From: Acidimicrobiales bacterium | Lineage (GTDB): Bacteria > Actinomycetota > Acidimicrobiia > Acidimicrobiales > RAAP-2 | Reading direction: 5' to 3' | Length of the DNA stretch: 64,000 nucleotides | Assembly: GCA_017883045.1 (NCBI GenBank) | Contig: JADGOJ010000003.1 | Span: 98-64,097, forward strand | Shown: positions 43,151 to 54,247 of the stretch, one piece after another | Layout: each line of letters starts with the position of its first letter | How positions within the stretch are numbered: position 1 is the first letter of the stretch | The notes under the pieces: model-generated | What the model saw: only the letters and a program-made list of their open reading frames with translations | The model's database searches: none | Told to the model about the DNA's origin: nothing | Program-made: the position numbers and the translations under genes

Positions 43151-43152
43151 GA

Positions 43153-45024
43153 CTAACCGACCCTCGCCACGAGATAGACGACGATGACCGCGAGGCCGAG
43201 CACGGTCGCGAGGGCGTAGTGGCGCACGAAGCCCGACTGGACCTTGCGCAGGCCCTCGCCGCTGCGCGCCACCCCGAGCGCGACGGCGCCGACGGCCCCG
43301 TCGATCACCTGGGCCTCGACGACGTCGTCGGAGAACTGCGCGGCGCGAGCGAGTGGACGTCCGATCGTGGCGTCGTAGAAGTCATCCCAGCGCCAGACGT
43401 GCTCGAGGAACGCAGATTCGTAGCGGGCCGAGCTCGTCACGCCGCGCCAGATCGAGAAGGCGGCGAGCAGGCCCAGCACCGCGGCCGCGACGTCCACGAG
43501 CGCGAGACCCCACTGGGCGAGGGTGCCGGCGTGGCCCCCCGCCGCCACGTAGCCAAAGGTCGGCTCGAGGAACCCGGCGAGCGAGTTGTGGTGCACCCAC
43601 GGCAGGTCGAGGACTCCCCCGAGCACCGAGAGCACGGCCAGCACGATCAACGGCGCGGTCATGACCCAGGGCGACTCGTGGGGGTCGTGGCCCTGGGTGA
43701 CCTCGCGGAAGCGCTCGGTGCCGCGGAACGTCAGCACGAACAGGCGGCTCATGTAGTAGGCGGTGAGGATCGCGGTCAGCACCCCGAGCGCCCAGAGCGG
43801 CTTGTTGTGCTCGAAGACGTTGGTCAGCACGTCGCCCTTGGACCAGAACCCGGCGAAGGGCGGGACGCCCGAAATCGTCAGCCAGCCCACGAGGAACGTG
43901 GGGAACGTCAGCGGCAGGTACTTCTTCAACCCGCCCATCAGGCGCAGGTCCTGCTCGCCGTTCAGAGAGTGGATGACCGAGCCCGAACCGAGGAAGAGCA
44001 GCGCCTTGAAGAAGGCGTGGCTGATCATCAGGAAGATCGCCGCCGAATAGGCCCCGACGCCGACCGCCAGCACCATGTAGCCGATCTGGGAGACCGTGGA
44101 GAAGGCGAGTACCTTCTTGATGTCCTTTTGCGACGTGGCGATCGTCGCGGCAACGAAGGCGGTCGCGCCCCCGATCACCGCGATGGACATCCGCCCCGAG
44201 GACGACATCGCCAGCACCGGCGACATGCGCACGAGCAGATACACCCCGGCCGTGACCATGGTCGCGGCGTGGATCAGCGCCGACACGGGGGTCGGGCCCT
44301 CCATCGCGTCGGGCAGCCAGTTGAAGAGCGGGATCTGGGCGCTCTTGCCGGTGGCGGCGAGCAGCAGGGCGAGGACCGTCAGCGTGGCGATGGTGGGCGA
44401 CAGCGTGCCGGTCTTGGAAAAGACGTCGAGGTAGGTCAGGGTGCCGGTGTGGTTGAACAGCAGGAACATCGCGATCAGCAGGCCGAGGTCGCCGACGCGG
44501 TTGTAGATGAAGGCCTTCTTGCCCGCCGAGGCGGCCGAGTCGCGGTCGAAGTAGTAGCTGATGAGCCAGTACGAGCAGAGCCCCACGCCCTCCCAACCCA
44601 CGAAGGTCAGCACGAGGTTGTTGGCCAGCACGAGCACGAGCATCGAGAAGACGAACAGGTTCAGGTACGAGAAGAACTTGCGGTAGTCCTTCTCCCCGTG
44701 CATGTAGCCCATCGAGTAGAGGTGGATCAGCGCCGAGATGCCCGTCACGAAGAGGCTCATCGTGATCGAGAGCGGGTCGACCAGCAGCGCGGCGGGCACG
44801 TGCAGGGTCCCGACGCTCAGCCAGTCGAAGAGCCTGACCGTCACCTCGCGCGAGGAGTGGCTCAGCAGCATGAAGAAGCTGATGAGCGAGACGAGGAAGC
44901 TCGCCGCCACGGCGCCGGTGCCCACGGCGCCGATCTGCTTCTCGCTCATGTTGCGACCGTTCAAGAGCACGAGGAGGAAGCCGGCCAGCGGGAAGAGCAC
45001 TATCAGTGTCGCGACGTGTGCCAT
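43153..45024 (-). CDS. nuoL: NADH-quinone oxidoreductase subunit L
   Basis: 623-aa antiporter-like subunit with a C-terminal lateral-helix region, at the expected operon position. Confidence 0.93.
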   Translation of the reverse strand: MAHVATLIVLFPLAGFLLVLLNGRNMSEKQIGAVGTGAVAASFLVSLISFFMLLSHSSREVTVRLFDWLSVGTLHVPAALLVDPLSITMSLFVTGISALIHLYSMGYMHGEKDYRKFFSYLNLFVFSMLVLVLANNLVLTFVGWEGVGLCSYWLISYYFDRDSAASAGKKAFIYNRVGDLGLLIAMFLLFNHTGTLTYLDVFSKTGTLSPTIATLTVLALLLAATGKSAQIPLFNWLPDAMEGPTPVSALIHAATMVTAGVYLLVRMSPVLAMSSSGRMSIAVIGGATAFVAATIATSQKDIKKVLAFSTVSQIGYMVLAVGVGAYSAAIFLMISHAFFKALLFLGSGSVIHSLNGEQDLRLMGGLKKYLPLTFPTFLVGWLTISGVPPFAGFWSKGDVLTNVFEHNKPLWALGVLTAILTAYYMSRLFVLTFRGTERFREVTQGHDPHESPWVMTAPLIVLAVLSVLGGVLDLPWVHHNSLAGFLEPTFGYVAAGGHAGTLAQWGLALVDVAAAVLGLLAAFSIWRGVTSSARYESAFLEHVWRWDDFYDATIGRPLARAAQFSDDVVEAQVIDGAVGAVALGVARSGEGLRKVQSGFVRHYALATVLGLAVIVVYLVARVG

Positions 45025-45025
45025 C

Positions 45026-45331
45026 TCAGCCCTTCAGCTCCGACAGTTCGTCCACCGACGTCGATGAACGGCGACGGAAGACCGCCACCACGATGCCGAG
45101 CCCGACCGTGACCTCCGCGGCGGCCACGACCATCACGAAGAAGACGATGGCCTGGCCGCTGATGTCGCTGAGCGTGCGAGAGAACGTGACGAACGTGAGG
45201 TTGACCGCGTTCAGCATCAGCTCGACGCACATGAACATGATCAGGGCGCTGCGTCGCGTCAAGAGTCCGTAGGCCCCGATCCCGAAGAGCAGGGCGGCGA
45301 GCACGAGGTACCAGGCGGCGGGGACGTTCAC
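45026..45331 (-). CDS. nuoK: NADH-quinone oxidoreductase subunit K
   Basis: 101 aa with three TM helices, at the expected operon position. Confidence 0.93.
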   Translation of the reverse strand: MNVPAAWYLVLAALLFGIGAYGLLTRRSALIMFMCVELMLNAVNLTFVTFSRTLSDISGQAIVFFVMVVAAAEVTVGLGIVVAVFRRRSSTSVDELSELKG

Positions 45332-45906
45332 GAGCCGGTCTCCTCGCCCTGGTTCGTCCGTTCGCGCCGTGCGAGCAGCACCGCGCCCACGACGGCGATG
45401 ATCAGCAGCGCCGCGGTCGCCTCGAAGGCGAAGAGGTACGTCGTGAAGACCGCCGTGCCCAGCTCCTTCACGTTGCCCTGGCCCGTGGCGATCGGCACGC
45501 CGCCGTTGGACACCGACATCGCGCCGGTGACCCAGTGGGACCTGGCCATCAGGGTGATCAGGCCGGCCACGGTGATCACCACGCCGGCCGCGGCGAAGGC
45601 CCGCTGGCCGACGAGGGGCTCGACGCTGACCTGCTCGCGGCGGTCGACGCCGAGGAACATGATCACGAAGAGGAAGAGCACGACGATGGCCCCGGCGTAG
45701 ACGATGATCTGCACCGCGGCGAGGAAGTCGGCCGACTGGGCGACGAAGGCCACGGCCACACCGAAGAGCGTCATGATCAGACTGAGCGCCGCGTGCACCG
45801 GGTTCTTCAGCGAGATCACACCCGTCGCGCCGACGACGATCAGCGTCGCCGAGGTGAAGAAGACCAGGACACTCGGGACCGCGAAGGCGGTGGCGGCGGC
45901 GGTCAT
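45328..45906 (-). CDS. nuoJ: NADH-quinone oxidoreductase subunit J
   Basis: The ATG at 45906 forms an ATGA overlap with the nuoI stop, giving 192 aa. The track ORF extension to 46167 is Arg-rich and overlaps nuoI. Confidence 0.9.
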   Translation of the reverse strand: MTAAATAFAVPSVLVFFTSATLIVVGATGVISLKNPVHAALSLIMTLFGVAVAFVAQSADFLAAVQIIVYAGAIVVLFLFVIMFLGVDRREQVSVEPLVGQRAFAAAGVVITVAGLITLMARSHWVTGAMSVSNGGVPIATGQGNVKELGTAVFTTYLFAFEATAALLIIAVVGAVLLARRERTNQGEETGS

Positions 45907-46655
45907 GATCGGCTCCGGCGCAGGCGCGCCATCTTGGCGCGCGCCTTGTTCATCGCGCCGGCCAGTCCGCGCAGGTCGAGCGGCACGTCCTGGGGCTCGA
46001 GGTGGCGGGGGAAGACGCTGCGGATCTGCTTCGAGCCGGTCGCCTCGTCGTCGCGGTTGTCCGACTGGCCGGCCTCGGGAGCCCGCACGCCGACCCCGAG
46101 GTCGCCGGCCCACTGCACGACGCCCTCGTAGGAGGCGTCGCCGGAGGGCGACGTGGCGCGCATCCAACCGCCGGTCATCGCCGCCTCGCCCTCACGCCAG
46201 TCCTCCCAGGGCAGGCGCTGGGGGAAGCCCTGGTCGTCGACGAGCAGTTCGGCCTTGGTGTAGATCGCGTCGGCGCGGTTGGTGAAGGAGAACTCGAACA
46301 TCTTGGACTCGGTGATGGCCTGGGTGGGGCACGCCTCGACGCAGAGGTCGCAGTGGATGCAGCGCAGGTAGTTGATCTCGTAGACGTAGCCGTAGCGCTC
46401 GCCGGGGCTGACCGGGTGGTCGGGCGGGTTGTCGAGGCCGCGCACGTAGATGCAGTTGACCGGGCAGACGCCCGCGCACAGCTCGCAGCCGATGCACTTC
46501 TCCATGCCGTCCTCGTAGCGGTTCAACACGTGGCGTCCGTGCTGGCGGGGCTGCTTGGGACGCTTGGACATGGGGTAGCTCGTCGTGACGGTGGGGCGAA
46601 CGAGGTGCGCCAGGGTCAACTTGAAGCCGCCGAAGAAACTCAGGGGACTCGCCAC
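45903..46655 (-). CDS. nuoI: NADH-quinone oxidoreductase subunit I (2x[4Fe-4S]) with a C-terminal extension
   Basis: Ferredoxin motifs [12 protein letters not shown] and [12 protein letters not shown]. 250 aa. Confidence 0.93.
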   Translation of the reverse strand: MASPLSFFGGFKLTLAHLVRPTVTTSYPMSKRPKQPRQHGRHVLNRYEDGMEKCIGCELCAGVCPVNCIYVRGLDNPPDHPVSPGERYGYVYEINYLRCIHCDLCVEACPTQAITESKMFEFSFTNRADAIYTKAELLVDDQGFPQRLPWEDWREGEAAMTGGWMRATSPSGDASYEGVVQWAGDLGVGVRAPEAGQSDNRDDEATGSKQIRSVFPRHLEPQDVPLDLRGLAGAMNKARAKMARLRRSRS

Positions 46656-47887
46656 TAGCCCTCCTCCTCATCGGTCATCGAGCGCAGCACCTGGCCGGGC
46701 AGGGGTCGCTCGCCCACGACCGGCAAGACCGCGTCGACGCCGGATTCGCGGGTCTGGCCGAGGTCGAACGCCCGCGACAGGACCGTCCAGGCCAGCAGCA
46801 CCGCGGCGGCCATCATGAAGCCCCAGCCCTTGGCGACGAGGAAGCCGGCCACGATCAGCATCCAGCCGAGGCTGAGCGGGATGAGTCGCTTCCATCCGAG
46901 GTCCATGAGCTGGTCGTAGCGGAAGCGCGGCAGCGAGGCGCGGAACCAGATGTAGCAGAAGGCGAAGCCCACGGTCTTGACGAGGAACCACGCGATCGGG
47001 AACACCCAGCGCAGGTGCGACACGTTCGGGATCCAGCCGGCCGGCCCGCCGAGGAACAGCGTCACGATGATCGCGGACATGGTGATGGTGTTCATGTACT
47101 CGGCGAGGAAGAAGATGGCGAACCGGAACGACGAGTACTCGGTGTGGAACCCGCCGACGAGCTCGCTCTCGGCCTCGACGACGTCGAAGGGCGGCCGGTT
47201 GAGCTCGGCGGTGATGGCGATGACGAACACGGCGAACGGCACGAAGCCGAGTCGGATGATGTTCCAGTGCCAGATGCCCCCGGCCTGGGCGGCCACGATG
47301 TTGTGCACCGACAGCGAGCCCGTCGCGAGCACGATCGTCACGATGGTCATGCCCAGGGCCGCCTCGTAACTGATCATCTGGGCGCTCGCGCGCACCGCGG
47401 AGAGCAGCGGGTACTTCGAGCCCGACGCCCAACCCGCGAGCATCACGCCGTAGACCGAGATGCCCGACATCGCCAGCATCAACAAGATGCCCATGGGCGG
47501 GTTGACGACCTGGAGCATCACGGGATGGCCCGCGATGGTGAGCGTGCCACCGATCGGGATGATCGCGAAGGTCACGAGGGCCGGCAGCAGTACCAGGTAC
47601 GGCGCCAGCTTGAAGACGAAGCGGTCCGCCTCGGCCGGGATCAGGTCTTCCTTCAAGATGAGCTTGATCCCGTCGGCGAGGGTCTGGAGCAGTCCGAAGG
47701 GGCCCCAGCGCTGGGGCCCGATGCGGCTCTGCATGTCCGAGATGGCCTTGCGCTCGAACCAGATCATCAAGATGACCCCGCCCATCAGCATCGAGAAGCC
47801 CGCGATGACCTTGATCGCGACGATCAGCAACACGACCCAGGTCACGCCGTGGGCGAAGAGCGGGTCGACCGAGGCCAGCCAGCTCAC
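46655..47887 (-). CDS. nuoH: NADH-quinone oxidoreductase subunit H
   Basis: 410-aa polytopic protein at the expected operon position. GTGA overlap with nuoG. Confidence 0.93.
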   Translation of the reverse strand: MSWLASVDPLFAHGVTWVVLLIVAIKVIAGFSMLMGGVILMIWFERKAISDMQSRIGPQRWGPFGLLQTLADGIKLILKEDLIPAEADRFVFKLAPYLVLLPALVTFAIIPIGGTLTIAGHPVMLQVVNPPMGILLMLAMSGISVYGVMLAGWASGSKYPLLSAVRASAQMISYEAALGMTIVTIVLATGSLSVHNIVAAQAGGIWHWNIIRLGFVPFAVFVIAITAELNRPPFDVVEAESELVGGFHTEYSSFRFAIFFLAEYMNTITMSAIIVTLFLGGPAGWIPNVSHLRWVFPIAWFLVKTVGFAFCYIWFRASLPRFRYDQLMDLGWKRLIPLSLGWMLIVAGFLVAKGWGFMMAAAVLLAWTVLSRAFDLGQTRESGVDAVLPVVGERPLPGQVLRSMTDEEEG

Positions 47888-50490
47888 TTCGTCTCCAGAC
47901 GCACTTGGGCGATGACCCGCTCACCGTCGAGGATCGGACGGATTACGTCGGCGCCCGACTCGTCGAGCGAACCGAAGGCGATCTCGGTCGTGCCGCGCGG
48001 CACCGCGTCGTCGAGCGCGACGGGCAGGCGCACCTGGCCGCGTGGTCCGATCACGTTCACCTGGTCGCCGGTCGCGACTCCGAGGCGGTCGATGTCGAAG
48101 TGGTTCAGGCGCAGCGTGGTGACGGCCCTCAGGTTGTGCAGCGCGGGCGAGCCCTGCACGGCGATCCCGTTGTCGTAGAGACGTCGACTGAGGTTCACGC
48201 GCAGCGAGTAGGCGTCCGCGAGGGGCACGTCGACCCCGCGTCCGGCCCTGGCCTCGGCGAGGGTCGCGCCACTGGGCGCGGGGCTCGAGGTAGCGCCGTC
48301 GAGGGCGGTCGCCCCGACGCGGGTGCCGAGTCCCACCGTCTCGGTGGAGCGAATGCCGGGAAAGGCCATCGGGTCCAGGGGCCGGCGCGGCGATCGCTCG
48401 CTGGTCCGTCCGACCACGATGCCGTCGGTCGTCGCGTCGTTCATCACCGACAGGGCCGGGTAGCCCGTCGTCTCCTCGATGGCCCGGGCGGCCTGCTCGA
48501 CCGACGTCAGGCCGATGCTCTGGCCGAACTCCTCGGCCAGCTCCGCCGCGATCGCCACGTCGGGCCACGCCGAACCGGGTGCCACGATCTTGGGGGCCAC
48601 CGCGGTGACGCGGCCCTCGATGTTGGTGACGGTGCCAAGTCGTTCGTGCTGCACCGCGGCCGGAAGGACCACGTTCGCGTAGGCGAGGGATGCTCCGCCG
48701 TGACCCGTCACGACGACGACGTCGGCCTTGTCGAGCGCCTCTCGGGCGCCCGCGACGTCCAGCACGTTGCCGAGCAGGCATCCTCCCAGCAGCAACAGTG
48801 CGCGCTGTTCGCCGCCACGTACGGCCCCGAGCTGCTCGAGGGCGTCGCGGCCCTCGACCTCGGCCGCGAAGCCCCGTCCCGGACGTAGTCGCGGGCCGAG
48901 CCCCATGTCGAGGGCCCCGTTGACGTTCGAGCGGCGAAGCACGGGAAGGAATTTCGCTTGGGGGAAGCGCTCGGCCAGGTGGCGCAGCGCCGTCTCGAGC
49001 ACGCCGGCGCCCTCGGCGACGTTGGGACGTCCGACCACGAAGACGACGCCGTCGCCGCTCTCGCCGATGAGACGACGGGCCTCGAGGAGTTCGGCCTCGC
49101 CGAAGGCGACGCCTGGCGGTACGCCCGGGCCGCTCTTGGCCAGCGCCTGGGCGACGAGGTGCGCCTCGCCGGGTCGCACGGGCAGCGTCACGCGCGCGAC
49201 CGAGCGCAGCGCGCTGGCCCCGAAGGCCAGCTCCACGATCGAACGGTGGTAACGCACCGCGCTCTCGCGCAGCCGCAGGAACAAGATGGGTAGTTCCTCG
49301 CGCAGGTCGCCGGTCAGGGTCACGACGGTGGCCGCGCTGGCGGCCTCGTCGATGGTCGCCTTGGGCAGCGCCTGGAGCAGCGCGGCGTCGAGTCCGTCGC
49401 CGTACTGGGCGTCGATGTTCTCGGTGCCGAGCACGCCCCGCAGGAACCGCTCCCAGGCGAAGGCGCCCTCGTTGGTGAGTGCCGCTCCCCCGATCGCCCC
49501 GACGCCGTTGGGCGTGCTCGCGGCCTCGCGCAGCAGTTTCGCGGCCTCGCCGAGCGCCTCACCCCAACTCACGGAGCTCAGGACCCCGTCGCGTCGGACC
49601 ATCGGCTCGGTGATGCGAGTCGCCGCGTTCAGCGGATCGGTCGAGTCCTCGTTGCCGTCGATCGAGTCGAGGGCGAACCGTCCCTTGTCGCACAGCCAGC
49701 CGTGGTTCACGGGATCGCTGTCCACGCCGAGCACCCGCGACAGTCGGTTACCCGAGGACTGCACCGCGACGCGACATCCCACCGAGCACGTCGTGCAGGT
49801 GCTCTCGACCTGTTCGAGGTCCCAGGGTCGCGCGCTGAAGCGATACGGCGTGGCGGTCAGGGCGCCGACGGGGCAGATCTGCACGGTGTTGCCCGAGAAG
49901 ACCGAGTCGAACGGCTGGGTCGGTGACGGGGCGACCTCGAGCAGGTCGCCCCGACCGGCGAAGGCGATCTGGGCGTCACCCGCGACCTCGCTCGCGAACC
50001 TGGTGCAGCGAGCGCACTGAATGCAGCGCTCGCGGTCGAGCAGGACCAGTTCGCCGATCTCGACGGGCTTGACGAAGTGGCGCTTCTCCTCGACGAAACG
50101 GGTCTCGCCCGATCCGTGGGCCAGGGTCTGGTCCTGGAGCGGGCACTCGCCGCCCTTGTCGCACACCGGGCAGTCGAGCGGATGGTTCGCCAGCAGGAAC
50201 TCGATCACCCCGTCCTGGGCCTTCTTCACCTTCTCGGAATCGGTCACCACGTTCATGCCGTCGTTGACCTTCAGGTAGCACGCCGGCTGCAGGGTGGCCC
50301 CGCGAGGGCTGTCGACCTCGACGAGGCACATCCGACAGACGCCGACGGGCTCCATGCGCGGGTGATAGCAGAACCGCGGGATATACGTGCCGGCCCGTTC
50401 GGCGGCCTCGATCAACAGCTCGCCGGGCTGGGCCTCGACGGACCGACCGTTGAGGGTGATCGTGACGGTGGTGCGGATGACGTCAGTCAT
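47884..50490 (-). CDS. nuoG: NADH-quinone oxidoreductase subunit G
   Basis: The ATG at 50490 (MTDVIRTTVTITLNGRSVEA...) gives 868 aa. N-terminal 2Fe-2S/4Fe-4S Cys clusters (CYHPRMEPVGVCRMC, CPVCDKGGECPLQD, CIQCARCTRF). Confidence 0.93.
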   Translation of the reverse strand: MTDVIRTTVTITLNGRSVEAQPGELLIEAAERAGTYIPRFCYHPRMEPVGVCRMCLVEVDSPRGATLQPACYLKVNDGMNVVTDSEKVKKAQDGVIEFLLANHPLDCPVCDKGGECPLQDQTLAHGSGETRFVEEKRHFVKPVEIGELVLLDRERCIQCARCTRFASEVAGDAQIAFAGRGDLLEVAPSPTQPFDSVFSGNTVQICPVGALTATPYRFSARPWDLEQVESTCTTCSVGCRVAVQSSGNRLSRVLGVDSDPVNHGWLCDKGRFALDSIDGNEDSTDPLNAATRITEPMVRRDGVLSSVSWGEALGEAAKLLREAASTPNGVGAIGGAALTNEGAFAWERFLRGVLGTENIDAQYGDGLDAALLQALPKATIDEAASAATVVTLTGDLREELPILFLRLRESAVRYHRSIVELAFGASALRSVARVTLPVRPGEAHLVAQALAKSGPGVPPGVAFGEAELLEARRLIGESGDGVVFVVGRPNVAEGAGVLETALRHLAERFPQAKFLPVLRRSNVNGALDMGLGPRLRPGRGFAAEVEGRDALEQLGAVRGGEQRALLLLGGCLLGNVLDVAGAREALDKADVVVVTGHGGASLAYANVVLPAAVQHERLGTVTNIEGRVTAVAPKIVAPGSAWPDVAIAAELAEEFGQSIGLTSVEQAARAIEETTGYPALSVMNDATTDGIVVGRTSERSPRRPLDPMAFPGIRSTETVGLGTRVGATALDGATSSPAPSGATLAEARAGRGVDVPLADAYSLRVNLSRRLYDNGIAVQGSPALHNLRAVTTLRLNHFDIDRLGVATGDQVNVIGPRGQVRLPVALDDAVPRGTTEIAFGSLDESGADVIRPILDGERVIAQVRLETK

Positions 50491-51787
50491 GGGGGCAGCC
50501 TCCGTGTCGCACGTGGGCGACGAAGTCGTCGCGGAACATCTGGATCGCCGAGTGCACCGACGAGGGGATCGAGGGACCCAGCACGCAGATGGTCGTCTGC
50601 TGGGGCGGCCAGGTGAGCCCGGGCGCGATGTTGTCACAGAGGTCGAGCAGGAGGTCGATGTCCTCCATGCGGCCCCCGCCGTGCTCGAGGCGGTACATCA
50701 CGCGCTCGATCCATCCAGAGCCTTCGCGACACGGCGTGCACTGGCCGCAGGACTCTCGGGAGAAGAACTTGGTGATCCGCCACGCCGCGCGCACGACGCA
50801 CGTCGTGTCGTCCATCACGACGATCGACCCCGATCCGAGCATCGAACCCTTCTCGGCGACCTCGTCCTGGCCGAGTGGGAGGTCGAGCAGTTCGGGACCG
50901 AACCACGGGGCCGACACGCCGCCGGGGATGATGGCCTTGATCGCCCGGTCGCCAATCACCCCGCCGCCGAGCTGGGGGTCGTAGATGAGGTCGCGGAAGG
51001 TGTTCTTCACCATCTCGATCTCGTAGACGCCTGGATTCTTGACCCTTCCGGCGAGGGCGAACAGGCGCGTGCCGGTCGAGCGTCCACCGCCGAGCGCCGC
51101 GAACGCCGCGCCGCCGTTCTCGACGATCCAGGGCAGGTTCGACATGGTCTCGACGTTGTTCACCACGGTGGGCTCGCCGTAGAGGCCGGTGACCGCGGGG
51201 AAGAACGGGGGCTTGATGCGCGGAAAGCCGCGCTTGCCCTCGAGGGCCTCGATCAGCGCCGTCTCCTCGCCGCAGATGTAGGCGCCGGCGCCCGGGTGCA
51301 CGACGATGTCGAGCGAGAAGTCCGTGGCGAAGATCTTGGAGCCGAGCGCCCCGTGGTCGTAGGCCTCGTTGACCGCCTGCTGCACGCGTTCGAGACCGAG
51401 GGCGAACTCGCCTCGGATGAAGATGAAGGCCCTGGTGACCTGGAGCGCGTAGGCCGCGATGATGACGCCCTCGACCAACTGGTGGGGGTCGCCCTCGACC
51501 AGGTAGTGGTCCTTGAACGTGGCGGGCTCGGACTCGTCACCGTTGACGACGAGGTACGAGATGTGCGACTTGCGAAGCATCGACCACTTGCGACCGGCCG
51601 GGAAGCCCGCTCCCCCTCGTCCGAGCAGCGAGGCCTCGTCGACCTCGGCGGCGACGGCCTCGGGGAACATCGTCAGGGCCTTGCGCAGTGCGCGGTAGCC
51701 GCCCGTCGCGAGGTAGCGCGTCAGCGTGTGCGAGTCGGCGAACTCGGCTCTCGACGAGACGATCCGTGGTGCGCTGAGCGTGGCCAC
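50483..51787 (-). CDS. nuoF: NADH-quinone oxidoreductase subunit F
   Basis: 434 aa with the FMN/NADH-binding region (GRGGAGFPAGRKW) and the 4Fe-4S motif ESCGQCTPCREG. Confidence 0.95.
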   Translation of the reverse strand: MATLSAPRIVSSRAEFADSHTLTRYLATGGYRALRKALTMFPEAVAAEVDEASLLGRGGAGFPAGRKWSMLRKSHISYLVVNGDESEPATFKDHYLVEGDPHQLVEGVIIAAYALQVTRAFIFIRGEFALGLERVQQAVNEAYDHGALGSKIFATDFSLDIVVHPGAGAYICGEETALIEALEGKRGFPRIKPPFFPAVTGLYGEPTVVNNVETMSNLPWIVENGGAAFAALGGGRSTGTRLFALAGRVKNPGVYEIEMVKNTFRDLIYDPQLGGGVIGDRAIKAIIPGGVSAPWFGPELLDLPLGQDEVAEKGSMLGSGSIVVMDDTTCVVRAAWRITKFFSRESCGQCTPCREGSGWIERVMYRLEHGGGRMEDIDLLLDLCDNIAPGLTWPPQQTTICVLGPSIPSSVHSAIQMFRDDFVAHVRHGGCPHD

Positions 51788-52407
51788 TACTTCGTCTCCT
51801 GGTTCGTTCGCTGCTCGCGAGCTTCCTTGGCGACGGCGCGCTGCTCGGCGACCTCCGCGTGGGGCGCGCGAAGCCCGCTGCTGCGTCGCACGCGGATCAG
51901 CATGCCGTGGCTGGGCACGTCGTGGTCGAGCCGCCCCGCGCGCAGGTCCTCGATCATGGCGTCGAAGGCCTCAGGGGTGGTGGTGCGCACGAAGCGGTGG
52001 TTCACCTGCACGACGGGCGCGATATTGCAGTCGGCCAGGCACTCGCTTTCCTCGAGCGTGAACAGGCCGTCGGACGACGTGCCCCCGACCGGGCAGCCGA
52101 GCTGGGCGCTGGCGTGCTCGAGCATCTCCTCGCCACCGGCGAGCAGGCAGGCGATGTTGGTGCAGACCCCGACCACGTACTTGCCGACGGGCTCGAGGTG
52201 GAACATGTCGTAGAACGACGCGGTGCCGCGCACGTCGGCCGGCGTGGTCGCGGTCAGTTCGGCGACCTCGGCGATGCCCTCGTCGCTCAGATAGCCGTCC
52301 TGTTCCTGGGCGAGGTGCAGCAGCGGCAGCATCGCCGAGCGCGCCCTCGGATAGAGCGCGACGAGCTCTTCGGCGCGCTGGCGGATGTCAATGCGAAAGT
52401 GGCTCAT
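51787..52407 (-). CDS. nuoE: NADH-quinone oxidoreductase subunit E
   Basis: The ATG at 52407 forms an ATGA overlap with the nuoD stop, giving 206 aa. 2Fe-2S Cys motifs (VCTNIAC...CLADC). Confidence 0.93.
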   Translation of the reverse strand: MSHFRIDIRQRAEELVALYPRARSAMLPLLHLAQEQDGYLSDEGIAEVAELTATTPADVRGTASFYDMFHLEPVGKYVVGVCTNIACLLAGGEEMLEHASAQLGCPVGGTSSDGLFTLEESECLADCNIAPVVQVNHRFVRTTTPEAFDAMIEDLRAGRLDHDVPSHGMLIRVRRSSGLRAPHAEVAEQRAVAKEAREQRTNQETK

Positions 52408-53756
52408 CGGTCGACCTCTCCCATGATCGGGTCGATCGTGGAGATCACCGTGATCGTGTCGGACATCGAGCCGCCGCGCATCAAGAGCGAGACCGCCTGG
52501 AGGTTCACGAAGCTCGGGCCGCGCACGTGGAGCCGGTAGGGCTTGGGGCCGCCGTCGGCCACGATGTAGCAGCCGAGCTCGCCGCGCGGCGACTCGACCG
52601 CCAGGTAGACCTCGCCGGACGGGACGTGGAAGCCCTCGGTGAAGAGCTTGAAGTGGTGGATCAGCGCCTCCATGGACTCGCCGATGCGCGCGCGCGGCGG
52701 CGGGGTGACCTTGGGGTCCTGGCTGCGGTAGTCGCCACCGGGCATCATCTCGACGCACTGGCGCACGATGCGGATCGATTCGCGGATCTCGTTGAGCCGG
52801 ATGGCGTAGCGGTCGAAGTTGTCGCCGTAGGTCCCGACGATCACGTCGAAGTCGACCTGGTCGTAGGCGAGGTAGGGCATCGAGCGGCGCAGGTCCCACG
52901 GCACGCCCGTCGAGCGCAGCAGCGGACCGGTGACCCCGAGCGCCAACGCCTCCTCGGCGGTGATCGGCGCGACGCCGATCATGCGGTTGCGAAAGATCGG
53001 CTGGCCGGTCAGCAGCTGGTCGTACTCGAAGGTGCGAGCGAAGATCGTGTCGCAGATCACCTGCACGTCGTCCTGCCAGCCGTCGGGCAGGTCGGCGGCG
53101 ACGCCCCCCGGTCGCACGTAGTTCAGGTTCATGCGCAGCCCGGCGGTCTTCTCGAAGAAGGCGAGGATCATCTCGCGTTCGCGCAGCCCGTAGATCATCA
53201 TCGACGACGACCCCAGGTCCATGCCGTTGGTCGCCATCCACACGAGGTGCGACGAGATGCGGTTGAGTTCGCTCATCAGCATGCGGATCCACACCGCGCG
53301 CTCGGGCACCTCGATGTCCAGGAGTTTCTCGACGGCCATCGAGTAGCAGAGCTCGTTGATCACCGGGCTCAGGTAGTCCATCCGGGTGACGTTGGTCGCG
53401 CCCTGGATGTAGCTGAGCTCCTCGCCGGTCTTCTCCATGCCGGTGTGCAGGTAGCCAATGACGGGCTTGGTGCGCAGGACGAACTCGCCGTCGAGCTCGA
53501 GCATCAGGCGAAGCACGCCGTGGGTCGACGGGTGCGACGGGCCCATGTTGATGATCATCGTCTCGTCGTCGCGCCGGTCGAAGTCGACCGCGTTGGGGTC
53601 GAGGGTCAGGCCGTCGATGCGCAGCACCGCGCCGACCTCGCGACCGAGTTCGCTGGTCGCGGTGGCGTCGCGGCGCTGGAGCTCTTGGGCGCCTTCGGAG
53701 GTCTCGGCGGCCAGCAGCTCGAGGCGCTCGGCGGTGCGGACGGTGGGATCGCTCAC
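52404..53756 (-). CDS. nuoD: NADH-quinone oxidoreductase subunit D
   Basis: The GTG at 53756 forms a GTGA overlap with the nuoC stop, giving 450 aa. MIINMGPSHPSTHGVLRL is the typical NuoD motif. Confidence 0.93.
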   Translation of the reverse strand: MSDPTVRTAERLELLAAETSEGAQELQRRDATATSELGREVGAVLRIDGLTLDPNAVDFDRRDDETMIINMGPSHPSTHGVLRLMLELDGEFVLRTKPVIGYLHTGMEKTGEELSYIQGATNVTRMDYLSPVINELCYSMAVEKLLDIEVPERAVWIRMLMSELNRISSHLVWMATNGMDLGSSSMMIYGLREREMILAFFEKTAGLRMNLNYVRPGGVAADLPDGWQDDVQVICDTIFARTFEYDQLLTGQPIFRNRMIGVAPITAEEALALGVTGPLLRSTGVPWDLRRSMPYLAYDQVDFDVIVGTYGDNFDRYAIRLNEIRESIRIVRQCVEMMPGGDYRSQDPKVTPPPRARIGESMEALIHHFKLFTEGFHVPSGEVYLAVESPRGELGCYIVADGGPKPYRLHVRGPSFVNLQAVSLLMRGGSMSDTITVISTIDPIMGEVDR

Positions 53757-54247
53757 CGGGGACCTGGCGCTTCCTTGAACTGCACGGGGACCTTGCCGAC
53801 GCCGTAGTCCTTGCGCAGGGGGTGGCCCTCCCACTCCTCGGGCATCAGGATGCGCGTCATGTCGGGGTGGTTGGTGAAGAGCACGCCGAGCAGGTCGAAC
53901 GCCTCGCGTTCCATGGCCTCGGTGCCCGGGTAGAGCGAGAAGAGCGAGTCGACCTCGGGCCGTTCATCGCCCGCCTGGACGCGCACGCGCACGCGCTGCT
54001 TCTTCGAAAGGCTCAGCAGGTTCACGACGACCTCGAAGCGCGTGGCGAGCACTCCCTCGGGTAGCCAGCGATCGGCGTGCTCGAGGTAGTCGACCGCGCA
54101 GACGTCGATGCACATCTCGAAGCCGTCGGCCCTGAACGATTCGATCAGGGCGTAGTACTGCTCGCGGGTGGGAAAGCAGCACAGGTCGGCGGCGAGACCT
54201 TCGCTGGTCACGATGCCTGGGGGGGCCGCGGGAGAGAGGGAGATCAC
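53753..54247 (-). CDS. nuoC: NADH-quinone oxidoreductase subunit C (short form)
   Basis: 164 aa. The GTG start forms a GTGA overlap with the nuoB stop. Typical C-terminal FDLLGV...[22 protein letters not shown]. Confidence 0.9.
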   Translation of the reverse strand: MISLSPAAPPGIVTSEGLAADLCCFPTREQYYALIESFRADGFEMCIDVCAVDYLEHADRWLPEGVLATRFEVVVNLLSLSKKQRVRVRVQAGDERPEVDSLFSLYPGTEAMEREAFDLLGVLFTNHPDMTRILMPEEWEGHPLRKDYGVGKVPVQFKEAPGPR